Assembly: GCF_000181795.1 (NCBI RefSeq)
Contig: NW_003526940.1
Location: forward strand, 3,012,497-3,076,496
Reading direction: 5' to 3'
Source of the DNA: Trichinella spiralis
Taxonomy: Eukaryota
Length of the DNA: 64,000 nt
The notes beneath the pieces were generated by a model. It was not told where the DNA came from. It ran no database searches and worked only from the letters and a program-made list of their open reading frames with translations. Shown piece by piece: positions 1 to 12,412 of this stretch (the stretch's first letter is position 1; each line of letters starts with the position of its first letter). Position numbers and translations under genes: made by a program.

Positions 1-231
1 TTTTCTTACCCAACATTGAACCCAATGTAGACAGATTAGTCGCAACGCACTAAGCCCATACATCACATTAATTATTTCCTCACTATATGATTATTTTTGA
101 AAAAAACCCTCGATTTGAATCAATAGCCTATTTAAAAATTCATCATTTTTGGCAATAATTTAGGGAGGGGGCGTTTGAAAAATATACGCCTCTTAAGGGG
201 GCAATAGCCTGAAAATTTTTGGGAAACACTG
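1..231 (+). mobile_element. 3' end of a hAT DNA transposon (Buster/Charlie-type), decayed, extends left of the window
   Basis: Bases 3-71 translate FLPNIEPNVDRLVATH*AHTSH*, matching the Buster/Charlie transposase C-terminus (..I.P.I..L....QAH.SH*) with CAA>TAA. The right TIR ttgggaaacactg at 219-231 reverse-complements to CAGTGTTTCCCAA. It is followed by ctgtaaag, which fits the nTnTAnAn 8-bp target pattern. Confidence 0.75.
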
Positions 232-355
232 CTGTAAAGTCTCTATTCTTTGCTCACAAACAACTCTTACTTTTAAATTTATAATGAAATTGAAACATTC
301 GCGTTGAAGCGAAAACAACAGTGAAATTTTGATTCATACAATACCAAAAATTTAC

Positions 356-1379
356 ATGGTAAGGTTTGTAAATTTGTTTCCTAGTTCACTAATTAATCAT
401 TGAGAGACATCGCTTTCAAGAAAACTTGCATGACCATTGACAACAATGGGACTTGTTACTAATTTTATATTTCTCCCCAAAATCTGACAATCACTTTTTA
501 ATGTTTTTCAATGTTTCAAAGTTTTATTTCTTGCTGCCCAAACTTTGATGTTTGTCTTTAATTTCTTCCAAATTACTCTTCGATAAACCTTTGCAATTTG
601 TTTCTTTGAAATTTACTTGAAATTATATGCAGTATTTTTGTGTATGCGTTCAGTTGTAGGGCATTATTATACTTCAGTTTTTCTCCTCGAACTGCCTTGC
701 TTTGTTGCTTGATTCAAATTAAATATAATTTGCATTCTTTTAATAAAATTATTGATTTACAGTATAACATTTTGCAAATTTTCATGGGAATGAAAATTGT
801 GAAAGATAAGAGTTTTACATTAATGTTGAAACCATTTTTACATATGTATATTAACACCATTTATTTATGAGCATTAAACAATGCTGCATTTAAAATACAT
901 CAACAAATATGTTGCAGCAAATGTGCTCTCCTTTTGAAAATGTACTATCCTTGGATTCATTTGTCGTCTGACAAAGCATGTCAAGCATATTTTTTTCTAA
1001 AATATCTCTAAATTATTACAATTTCATCAGGAAATACTTGCGGGCTGATATTATAAATGCTTAATGCGTACTACTGCTGATGTTCCTACTGTTCATTATT
1101 ATGCAACGAAAATTTTATTTTGTAAACATTAGGTGCAAAAGAAATATATTTCATTATTCATCAATAAAGTACATTTCAGTAAGCTTTTGAAAGTGATCTC
1201 TTTGCCTTCACGAAGATACACTATGCATATTCTGCATCAACGTTTAGGGCAAACAGAAAGTTAAAAAATAATTCTTACCAATCTGCTGGCGCAACACCAT
1301 TCAAATCATGACATTTTGATGTAGCTACTGAATATCTCGGAAAAGTGAAGCATAAAACAAAAATCCATCCAATCTGCAT
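356..1379 (-). pseudogene. DNase II/plancitoxin-like pseudogene (tandem copy of the gene at 2354-5360)
   Basis: Exon 1 (1279-1379, MQIGWIFVLCFTFPRYSVATSKCHDLNGVAPADW) is near-identical to 5260-5360. The exon-5 homologue (356-590) has acceptor CAG>CAA, W>TGA at 397-399, a 10-nt deletion near 369 and an insertion near 500-520. Homologues of exons 2-4 and 6 were not found. Confidence 0.85.
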
Positions 1380-2353
1380 TATAAAGCGATCCGCAATAAC
1401 AAGCATCTTGAGATTTGTTAATGTTTGTTACCCAATCAAATCATTAAGCAGCTTCTTTTCTTGTTGTGAATGCTCTAAGATTTATTCTTCGATCAAATAA
1501 ATACAGATTGCAAACTTCAAAAATAAATGTTTCTCCACTGCACTGTAAATAAATATTTTCTTATCAGATATAATAATTTAAATGAAACTTCATATCCAAA
1601 ATGCTATTCTTTAAAATGAATTGAACACTTATTTTCTATTAATTTATCATTTTATACATAAAATATCATTTAAACAATAAAAGTAGTAAAGAGCAATATG
1701 TCGAGTAAATTGTGATCAAAATGGATTGTTTACTGAAATATTATTTTAGGGAAAGAAATTTATTTCAAAAAAAATTATGTAAAATTTATTACATACTAAA
1801 GACAGGGAATGCTGAAGAAACATGTATATGGTTAATATCAGTTTCATTTTGCAAAATGAATGCTTTACAATAGGTATTCCCCTTCTTAAATATTATCAAA
1901 TTGCTTTGAATAATAAGAATATGATTGCGGTTGTTGGAAAATGCGCAGTAACGCACGGAAATATGTTTCTATGAAATTAAAATTAATAGACAATTAAATA
2001 ACGTTCATATCTTTTATATAAAGAATTTGCAGTTATTTAAACGGAAAACTGGCATATATAACATTAGTAATAATCAGTGCATACGCAAACCGATGTGTTC
2101 AATCTTCGCAAAATTATTCTAATTATCATAGAATTGTTCCTAACAGAAACGTTGCTTTGAACATTGTGAATGAGTTTGAAATTTAATAAACTATTTAAAA
2201 AAACAAAAAATTCAAGTATGGTTCTTGCTGAACAGGACATGTTGAAATATATTTTGCTAAATTTCAGGTGCACTGAGTAAATTTTATTTCTGTTTTATTC
2301 AATTAGAGGTTTTCAGACACAAAGTGAGTTCCGTCATCAGTCTTGTGGCTTCA

Positions 2354-5300
2354 TTAGCAATTTTCTACATTTTGACCAATTAGACTAAAATGACCAAAAA
2401 TTGTAGCATCATCAATGCAAACCGCCATTGCAGGCTCTTTTGTTTGGCTTTTCTAAAAAAAGTATTTTCTTAAACGACTGCTTCTTATAACTTCAAATTT
2501 ACATGGTAAGGTTTGTCAATTGCACAAAATTTGTTTCCAGGATCACTAATTAACCACTGAGAAACATCACTATCAAGAGAACTTGCATGACCATTAACAT
2601 CAATGGGACTTGCCACTAATTTTATATTTCTGCCCAAAATACGACAATCACTTTTCAATGTTTTATCTCTTGTTGTCCAAACTTTGATGCTTGTCTTTAA
2701 TTTCTTCACAAGTACTCTTCTGTAAATCTCTGTAATTAGTTTTTTTGAAATTCACATTAAATTCAGAGTAAATTGCAACAAGAGATGTGCAATTTATCCA
2801 TTCAAATTCATATGATGAGATTATTCTAAAAATGCACGCCTTACAACTGTAAAAATGCATTCTATTCGTTGCGTCGAGTGTAACAGCGTTTTTCAAAATC
2901 ATTCTATATTTCTGTAAAAAAAATTCTTCATTTTATTTTCTCTCTGAATGAAATTATTATTATGACTATAATTTCAACAAACTTACTTCTGTTTGCCGCA
3001 TATACTACTACTGTAAAATAAAAAATGAATTATGAAAGCAGATTTATTTTATCAGAGCAAAATTTTGCCAGATGTTTCTTCTGAAAATTTAGCAGTAACA
3101 CATATAACTTACCATATTTTGATTTTTCACCTTTACTATATATTGTCACTTTCAGTCCTGGAGCAGCTGCTGTTGAAATTTGCCGTGTCAAGGTAAGCGG
3201 TGGTGTTAATCTTGATTCGCCATTAACCAATTTTTTCAGATTTGGTCGAGCTGGATCATCTGGTATATCATTGTGATATATCAACGGAGTTGCAATTCTC
3301 AAGGCCATTGCTAGAAATTGCATGCATTTTACCATATGAAATTATTATTCAAATATATTTGCTTCATATTCTTTTTCTGCATGAAATGTTAAGCATCTTC
3401 CAAATAGTTCTGCGTAAATGTAATCTTTTTCATGCAAATAAATTTACCAATTGCATCAATTTCGCTTTCTTTAATTGTCAAACAGATAAACAAATGTCCT
3501 TTCTGAATTTCTGCAGGTGGAAATACGTATCCTCTTAGCGCTTTCGGGAAACCTGGTATTGTGTGAACAATCCATGATGCTTCATCTGGGACTCCGGGAT
3601 TCATCATTAAAACACCTATGTAGAATAATGATTATAAGATTTGTCATTTTCTGTTTTAACGCTTATTATTATTACCTTTGCTATTTGATTTTGTTTTTAC
3701 TTTGGGAATATCAGGTGGAATGTTATTGTATGCAATAAATTTGTTTCCGGCATTTGCCTGAATGACATGCTCAAGTGTTTTAGCAACTGCATGGTTATTA
3801 ACCCCTGTAAGAACCGGAGTATTTTGCCATGCAGCGGGAGCAGGTCCTGCAATTAATGCTTTTCCTGTATTTTGAGCTGGAGCTTTGTATATAACAACCC
3901 TATATAGAATAAGTGATGAGTTTGTGAATTTTCTTGTTAATCGTTTCATAATTTTTATTTTTTTATAATTAATAAATGTTATTTATGAAACTTAATGCAG
4001 GAAATGTTTTGTTTATTAAGAAGATGTAAAATTAACTTTTCAGAAGAACATTTCAACTATTACTCAAGACACGTTCCTCTTTTACATAACTGAGCAAAAT
4101 TGTATCAGCAATACAAAAATGTATTTGATATTTGCTGCTACTGTACGCTAATCAATTCAGTAAGGCAATATTGCTGCTGTTTATTTGCTGGATATTTTTA
4201 CCTGGATCTAGGAAACATGCATGTAAAACAAATTAATTAATTAAAAATCCACTACTTATTTTCTTTACTGTATGTATATCTATTTTATAAATTTTTTATT
4301 TTTTAAATATGTACTTTTATAAATGAAAAATAGTTTGTTAAAAACAACTTTTTTCGTTTAAATTTTGCAATAGTATGCACGTAAAGGATGATGACATACT
4401 AATTCGTGCGTGTGGAAATTCAGGTATTCTTGATCATGAATCCACATGTAGGTGATCATTTCAGTTCAGTAATCCTATTGAATTGCTCTATCTCTTTATT
4501 TCAGTCAAATTAAATGTAATTTGAAACTTCGAAATAAAACACATTCTAATGTGGTGTTTTGATGTGGCTTTGTTAACTTAATTTTGTAACGTCCCACGTT
4601 GATTTTTTTTATATTAAAACCCTGTGAAATAGTATGTTGCATCAATTTCATAATGCATTATTACTGAGTGTTATCCATGCCTAAGGATATCAAGCAGATT
4701 ATTATTTTAAATAATATCTTTACGTTGTACAAAGATTTGAACTGATTTTTTAACAAAGTTACAAATAAAATAACAAAACAAATTTATGTATAATTATAGA
4801 TATGGCAAGCAACATTAAAATAGTTTCAATTAAAGAATTCACATATGTTGACATGTTCAATATTTTTCAAACTAATTTGCAAATTTATTGCATGATGTTG
4901 CAGCCTTAATTCATAATTATTCAATGGAAATTCAAAATCATTTTCTATTAAAATAAAATATTCACAATGATTTGAAATGCTTGGGAAAATAATGGATATG
5001 ATTACATGGTAGAGTCATGATGATATCATTACAAATGTTTGGTGTCCTGCCATAGATAGCTTCTACTGTTATTCATTGTACTACAAAAAATTCATTGCGT
5101 CAACTCTATTGCACCAGCAACGTATCTTATTATTTATCAATATCATACATTCCACTAAAGTTTTGAAAGTTGTCTCTTTGCCTCCAAAAATACACGCTGT
5201 ATTTCTCATATTCTGCATCAACACTTAGGGCATACAGAAAGTTAAAAAATAATTCTTACCAATCTGCTGGCGCAGCACCATTCAAATCATGACATTTTGA

Positions 5301-5360
5301 TGTAGCTACTGAATATCTCGGAAAAATAAAGCATAAAACAAAAATCCACCCAATGTGCAT
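2354..5360 (-). CDS. Secreted DNase II-like (plancitoxin-1-like) protein, 6 exons
   Basis: In-phase GT-AG exons: 5360-5260, 3899-3676, 3615-3448, 3310-3113, 2729-2503, 2452-2354. Signal peptide followed by C..DWVVIYKAP, FIAYNN, SKGVLMM, SWIVHTIPGFP, GHLFICL, IYSK and AMAVCI, all typical of the DNase II family. Confidence 0.92.
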
Positions 5361-8300
5361 AATACAGCATTCTTTATCAGCATGCATCTTGACATTCGTT
5401 AATGTTTGTTAACCTATTAATCATTCAACAGCTGCTCTTGTTGTCGTAAATTTTCTGAAATCATTCAAATAAATATTGCTTGTAATCTTGAAAAATAAAT
5501 ATTTATCCGCCACATTGTAAATAAAAATTTTTTTAGCATTTGATAATTAAAATGCTAAGATTTTGTGCCTTGATTTTATTCAAATTAAATATAATTTCAA
5601 CTTTGAAATAAGATGCTGTATTAATCTGACCCTTTTAATGTTGCTATAGCAATTAAATTATGAATTATAAAAAAACCATCAAAAATGCTCGACACGTATA
5701 AGTATTACTTTTGTCGATCAGAGAACGTAAATCTTGGTAATATGTGACAAAAAGTCGACATATAAGGATTTATGTGAGATTTTATTTCGGAGTAAATGTC
5801 GAAGCACTTCCTGTCCCACTCTGCGTGAAGACGAGCATTGCATTTTTTTGCACGTTCTGTGCGTTCATATGCATACTTCACAACGTCCCTTTGGTCTTGT
5901 ACAAAGAATACATCGAACCGAATGACGGGTGACTGCAACAGAAAACTGCTACTGCTTCTAATGGTGCACTTCCATCTGACTGCAGCAAGCTGAGGGCAAT
6001 ATGGCGACGAAATTCCAGCTGATTGAGTGGACTTTTTTCGATAAAACAGCGAATACGCCAAGCTGCTACGGTCGCTACGTTCAGCGCCTTGATGAAGAAA
6101 CAAAAGCTAATATCATTTTTTGCCTATTATGATTGGGCGATAGGCTTATATATATAACGATAGCGTCTTTTGCTTCCTCAAATATTTTTACTTGTTCACA
6201 TATTCTTTCTTCTAATGAATCTTTGTCCGGTTTTAAAGCATCACTTCTGTTTTACCCATCGTCGTATTTTCCTCTTTACTCCTACGTAACTGCTTCATTG
6301 CAAGGATAGATAAGCAATCTAGAGAAACTGTGATGTGGCTTGAAAGCACTCCTCTTACTCAAAAAACAGTTCATCTTGCACAAATATATAAGCATTTTCA
6401 AATAATTCTGCGATACATAGGGGGGGGGGGTAATTTGTCTTAGAGGATAAAGAGAAGCAAATGTTGATTTCCGTCAAGTGTTCTATACATGGCGTAAACA
6501 ATTACTTTCCAGTGCAGGATGTTCACAGATTTTGGTATTTGGGTGTGGTATGATTCCAGCAGTCAGTTGGACATAGCTGAACAACTGCTCACACCCATGC
6601 TAGAAGAGTGGCTTTAACAAAACTTGGTCAGAAAGCAGTCGAGTAGTCAACACAGTCATTGTTGTAGACAAAATATTCCCTAACCTATTTGTTGCCGTTT
6701 TATGTCGAGAACAGCCTAATGTTTAGTAAATGGAACATCAATGTTTTTAATCAGTTATTAATATCAAAACGTAAGAATATATATATGTGCTACAAGAATG
6801 CGTGCCTTGAAATTAATTATGCACAGTGGATATTAAACTGCTAACGAAGAATTAGAACTGCATCAAAAAGTCAATTTTTGCCAATTTCATTGATTAATAA
6901 AAACATAATGATATATCTAAAAATAAATTCGCTAAAGCGTTTTTATAAATATACCATCTGAAGAATGTATATGCAAAAATATAAACAAAAACATTGGTAT
7001 GAAAGTAGTGTTAGGTGCTCTCAAAGTTTTGTTTAATTTAGTAAACATTCGGCAGATGAAGGTTAATAATGACACACAGAAAGCGAAGAAAGCATTTGTG
7101 ATTGCTTAGAAGTTGTTTTGAATGGATTTTAAACGCTGTGCAATTTTTATTGTGAAACACTATAAACTATTTCAGGTAGATGTTACAGATCATTTTCCAG
7201 CAGGTTTCAATACTTCCAGCATTGAGCTGTTCCAATAAAAAAATTTGCATTTACATAAATTTAATTTAAATTTAAAGAAATCATTTTCATTTATTTAGAG
7301 CTTTTATTTTTATTATACATTATTCATGAAATACTTTTCAACAGCATGTTTAAGCAATCAAATTTACATATGCAAATGTGTAAAATATTCTTATTCATTT
7401 ACAAAAACAATTTACATGCATGTTGCATATTTGCAGTAATAACGGCTGTTGTCGGATCATAAGAATTATTAAAGGAAAGAATAGACTTTGAAAGTTTCAA
7501 TATTTTGCTTGGAATAAAGCTAAACAAGAGCAATAGAAGTCATAACCACAGCTAAAAGAGAACACAAAAATTCCGTGCGTTACAAGATGAGAAATATTTT
7601 CCACCATTTGTTGAATAATCATATTATTCAACTGTTTGTGCTACTATAGAGTTTAATTACATTTTCTAGATAAGTTTTTAATAATGCTACTCTATGTTTA
7701 GTGCATTTTAATGTACACTAAAATTGTATGTATACGTAAAATGCGTGATTTTATTTTCACTTAATTTAATTTCCGCAAGCATTAGCCTTTTTTGTTCTTT
7801 CACATAGTTTACATCATTTGCACATTCGAAATATATTTCAAAGTAGGAATTTTCAATTTTGATAATGCAGATGAAATGTCAGCAAGATGTAGGAGTGACC
7901 AAAAGCTGTCCGGTTTAGCATTAAATTAGAAATTAACAAAATATAGGTCAATATTCAAGTGAAATAATAATTTTGTGAAGATAATATGTTTACAGGCTTT
8001 TCCTAGCAGTTAATTACATTTCTCATCTATCTGCAATTAATTGCAAATTCTTCTTTGCAATTTTCAGAATGAATTGCATTTTATATGCATCGAGAGAACA
8101 TTTTCAAAATAGAAATAAATTTTATAATTTTCAGAAATTGCATTTTTTTAAAAATAATTTATAGCGATGATTGCACATACTTGTTTATTGTATGAAGAAC
8201 AGGATAGCCTTGAGAAATTGACATTATGCAGGGAAAAAATAAATTTCTTTTTATACTAAATTTGCACTTTATTTTCGTCTTTTGTCAGTGTAGATTTTTA

Positions 8301-9037
8301 CAAGGCCACGCCCGAAATCAAAATACTAGATTTTAAAATTTTTTTACCATTTTTGTTTGTTTTTGATTTGAGCAAGTGCAACATGATCGTTGAATTTCAA
8401 AGCAAAAGTGAATTTTCATCATCATTCATCCAGTTTGAATGAGTCGCATGGAAATTTGGCACCGCTGCTTCGCTGAAGCAGAAATTATTTTTGCCCTACG
8501 GCAACATGTGAACAGTGGGAGTTGCCGTTTTTGCAAAAACAAAATTATGAGATGATCCTTATAATAAATATCAATGATCGAGAATTATCAAAATTACAAG
8601 ATGTATGATATATTTATAATAAATATATATATTTTTTTACTTATATTCACAGATTGTAAAAAAATATCCTTCGTGAAATTAACGATACGTTGCTAATTTT
8701 TAAATAATACTGCATCATTTTAAAAATTTCATGTAAAATAAAAAGTATAACAAAAATATATATATGTATGAATCTTTTTTTTTAAAATTAAATTATGAAA
8801 TTCATAAAATTGTAAGTTTTTACAACACCATGCATGACATTATTTCCATTTTCATTGATTTTGATTATCATTCATTCGATCAAGTGCAATCATTTTGCCA
8901 AGTGACATGTGCAAGTGCAAGTAACAAGAAAAACCAATTTTAAAGATTGAAAGGTCAGTCCTGTTTTTCACGGTTTAAAAGATCCAGCAAAATAGCAATT
9001 TAAGCAGTTCAACTTTGCTCCTGTTCGTCGATTGCAA

Positions 9038-10397
9038 ATGGCTCTAAAATTTTGCAATGCTATCACTGTTGGCTTGATCACTTTTTGCTGCCTATTTTTT
9101 GCAGCATCTGCTGATGCAACAACCAATTGTGCAGAAGATGTGGCAAATTTTTACAAATGTATCGATCGCCATTATGATCAAGAACTTGGAAAAATATTCA
9201 CCTATCATACAGCCGAAGCATTTTCCGAAAAAGCAATAGAATGTCTTACCAAGTGAGCTTGTGGAACTATTTTTTTTTTGAAAGCCAAAAAAAAACAAAT
9301 AGTTCATTTTTTTTCTTTGGAATAAAATTTAAATATCCATTTCAGAAATGGATGTGAAAAGCCGGCTTTTCACAAATTCAAACCTACAGAAGAAAGTGAT
9401 GAAGATGATGACGAAGAAGGATTCATTGGCAAACAGTTGGACGCTTTTGTGTTTAGAAAAATTTTAAATCCCGAATGGTTTCCCAATGCGAGAAATTTAT
9501 CAGTACCAGAAAACAACTGCATGGACAGTCATTTTGAAAAGGCAAATTCTATTGTGGAACAGTGCATTCAGAAAACGTTGCCAAATTTCAAATTTCCCAT
9601 AGAAAATGGACTTCCTTCAAAAATGGACTACATGGCTAAAGCTGAAAAAGATTTTGACGAGTAAGTTTTTTTTTAAAAAAAACTTTTTTTAATAATTTTG
9701 CATACACTCTTATATTGCATGTGCAATATCTTTTGAGCATTAAATTGAAAATTAATTTTCTTTTCATTTCAAGTTGATCATTCAATTTATGTGACTTCTT
9801 TGTGTTTCAAGTTTTGATTATTAGTATAAAAAATAAATAAAAATAATTTTATTAATTTAACTTAAAAAAGTATTATTTAGAAATGAATATATTCTGAATG
9901 ATGTAGCAAAGTACGTTTTAAAATTGCTAAGAAATCCTCAAGTTTGTCCCGCTGATAAGCATGATGTCGTTGAAAAATGCTTGACAAACCTTTTTCATGA
10001 AAATCACAAATCCCCTTTCGACAAAATACTCAGTGGAGAGAATCTTTTCAAAGAATTGTGCGGCGTCGGCCTGACTTGCTTCAAAGAGTAATTAATATTT
10101 TTTTTAAAAAAAATTAATACTACCTTTTCGTCCAATTAATTTGTAATTGATTTTAGTACTCGTGAACCATGCCAAAAATTTATTTTAAATTTACACGAAA
10201 CCGCATGCACTTGTGCTACTGATGAAACAGAGCAAGTGGTGAAATATCTTGTCGACAGCTACAGCAAATGTTTTGGCCTTGATCCAGAATATAAGCAAGT
10301 AGAAAAAAGTTATTTGGAAACAATGAAACACAAATGTGAAGCTTTGAAATCTGACAAACAAACTTGCGAAGCTGGTTTGACTGCAGTTTTAAGCTAA
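9038..10397 (+). CDS. Uncharacterised secreted cysteine-rich protein (~325 aa), 4 exons
   Basis: Exons 9038-9252, 9346-9660, 9881-10087 and 10157-10397 join in frame via GT-AG introns (978 nt). Hydrophobic signal peptide MALKFCNAITVGLITFCCLFFAASADA, 16 Cys in the mature part, and an acidic EESDEDDDEE patch. Confidence 0.85.
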
Positions 10398-12412
10398 ATT
10401 CAAAATACACCTCGTTGTATTATCTTAAAATATTTTTTTTAAATTCATATTGTAAACACTTGGACACTTGAATTTCATAAATTACAAAATTTATTGTCTC
10501 CTTGTCTAATTAAATAAATTTTTCAGACATTTAAAACAATAATATCTGTTTTTTTTAATTTTTGTGTAGAAAAAATAAAGTTAAATTGTAAAAGAAATAC
10601 GAGATTTCCAAGCCGCATAATTGTTTGAATTAATTCAATTAAAAATAAGCTAACATTTTTAATTTTAAAAATTTAAAAAAAAATTTATAATTATAACAGA
10701 TCATATATTGTATTATAAAATAATAAATTTCACTATTCTCTTGCCACGTCCTGTGATGATAAAAAGTAATAAAGTGATAACTACAGTTCTAGATAAAATA
10801 ATTAAACTGTTACAAAATTGCCACAGGTTTCGAGTAAATTAGAAATTGAAAATTTTAAATAGACCATAGTCAAAATAAAATAAATTGAAATACAATTTTC
10901 TACTCCACGAATGCACAAATATTTAACATCAGATAAACAATCATTAAAAAAATAATCAATGCAAAAGCCTGACATTTGAAAGCAAAAAATATCATTAAAT
11001 TAATTTCGATTGCAAATTAAATTTCTAATTATTTCTCACTATCATCAATTGAACAACAAAAATTTTCTGCACCTGTGAAACATCTAAATTTAAACTATAT
11101 CTGTGAGCAATAAAATCAAATTTTGCAGAAAAATATACAAATAAATTTGCATTGATTTTATAAAAAGTAAAAGAGAACAAAACATTTTAAAGACAAGTGT
11201 CATTGAAATTGAAATACTGAAAATTGATTTCATGTTATACAAATGTGTTACAATACTATAATATTTTTGAGAACGTGGATTTTATTTCTACAATAATGTT
11301 GAATAATGTAAATATTTTTTGGATTCAGCACGACTGTCATTTTGCAGTTTTATCATTCACACCAGAAAATTTACAAATTGCATGTAAACTTTGAAATATG
11401 ATCTGCTGTGTAAATTAATCTGCTTACTTCTATATTGTGTAATTATATGTATGCAAGGGCAGTATATGTATGAAAAGTGATTGGTAATTAAATTATGTGC
11501 GGAAGCAAAGAGCTGCAATCTGGTAGCCTAGCGTTTAATTCTTTAAACAAACGTAACGAATATGTGAATAATATTTGCCGTAGAACTTAGTATAAAGCAC
11601 AACTGATTACGTTCATCGAAAAATGTTAATAAGCTGTCTATTGTGATTAATAAAACGCAGTGGCACAGCAAGCGCATGTACTGAGAGATGAATATATTTT
11701 CACTGCTTATTTATATTACTGCGATTTTTTTGTGCACAGAACTAGTTGTCTCAGCATTTATTTGAGTAATTTTATTGAGTTCTTTTTAAACTTCAAAGAA
11801 TCGCTAAAGTTGTCAATAATTTAGTAGCATTGTTGCATAAATGCATTCGATAAAATTAAAGTTTGTGTGATTTCACTTCAACCAATTTTCACGTCAGAAT
11901 GTAATGTTAAAATAGATGTTTTAGCAATATTCAGTCTTGCAATTGGCAACTGTGCCATTTTTCACTTGAAATAAAAAGAAACCAAATCATATGATTTGCT
12001 TTTATTTGAGTCAATCGTGTTGTTTATCAAATTTTAATATTCTCTAATTGTATGATCGATGTTTTTTTTATAAACTATTATTTCTAACAATCGTGTAAAA
12101 ATAACCATCAACGCATGTGCCAACTTAATTATCAATATTACTGTATGATATTATTGTTGAATCGCCATCGGTCGGCGAACTTGTTTACCTGGTCGCGTCC
12201 GTGTGTTTGTCATGTTCAGATTTTTTGCTTTCAACAATTTTACGACGCGTTGCAAAATTTTTTTCACTGAAAATTTTTTTGTTTTTTGTAAAGTAAACAG
12301 CACGTGATATGTGACATGTTAAAATAAATAAAATTACCACTGAACAGTGTGCAACGTTGAGCATTTGATGGAAGTTTTAACGAGTTTTGGTTGTTTGTTT
12401 CAGAAGTTCCGT

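Noticed and set aside
5705..6720. GC-richer patch with a 132-aa minus-strand ORF, possibly a retroelement or transposase remnant
   Set aside because: No recognisable motif, terminal repeats or consistent splice structure. BLASTX is needed.
12398..12412. tttcag just before the atg-18 ATG as a trans-splice acceptor
   Set aside because: Cannot be distinguished from a 5'UTR cis-intron acceptor without transcript data.
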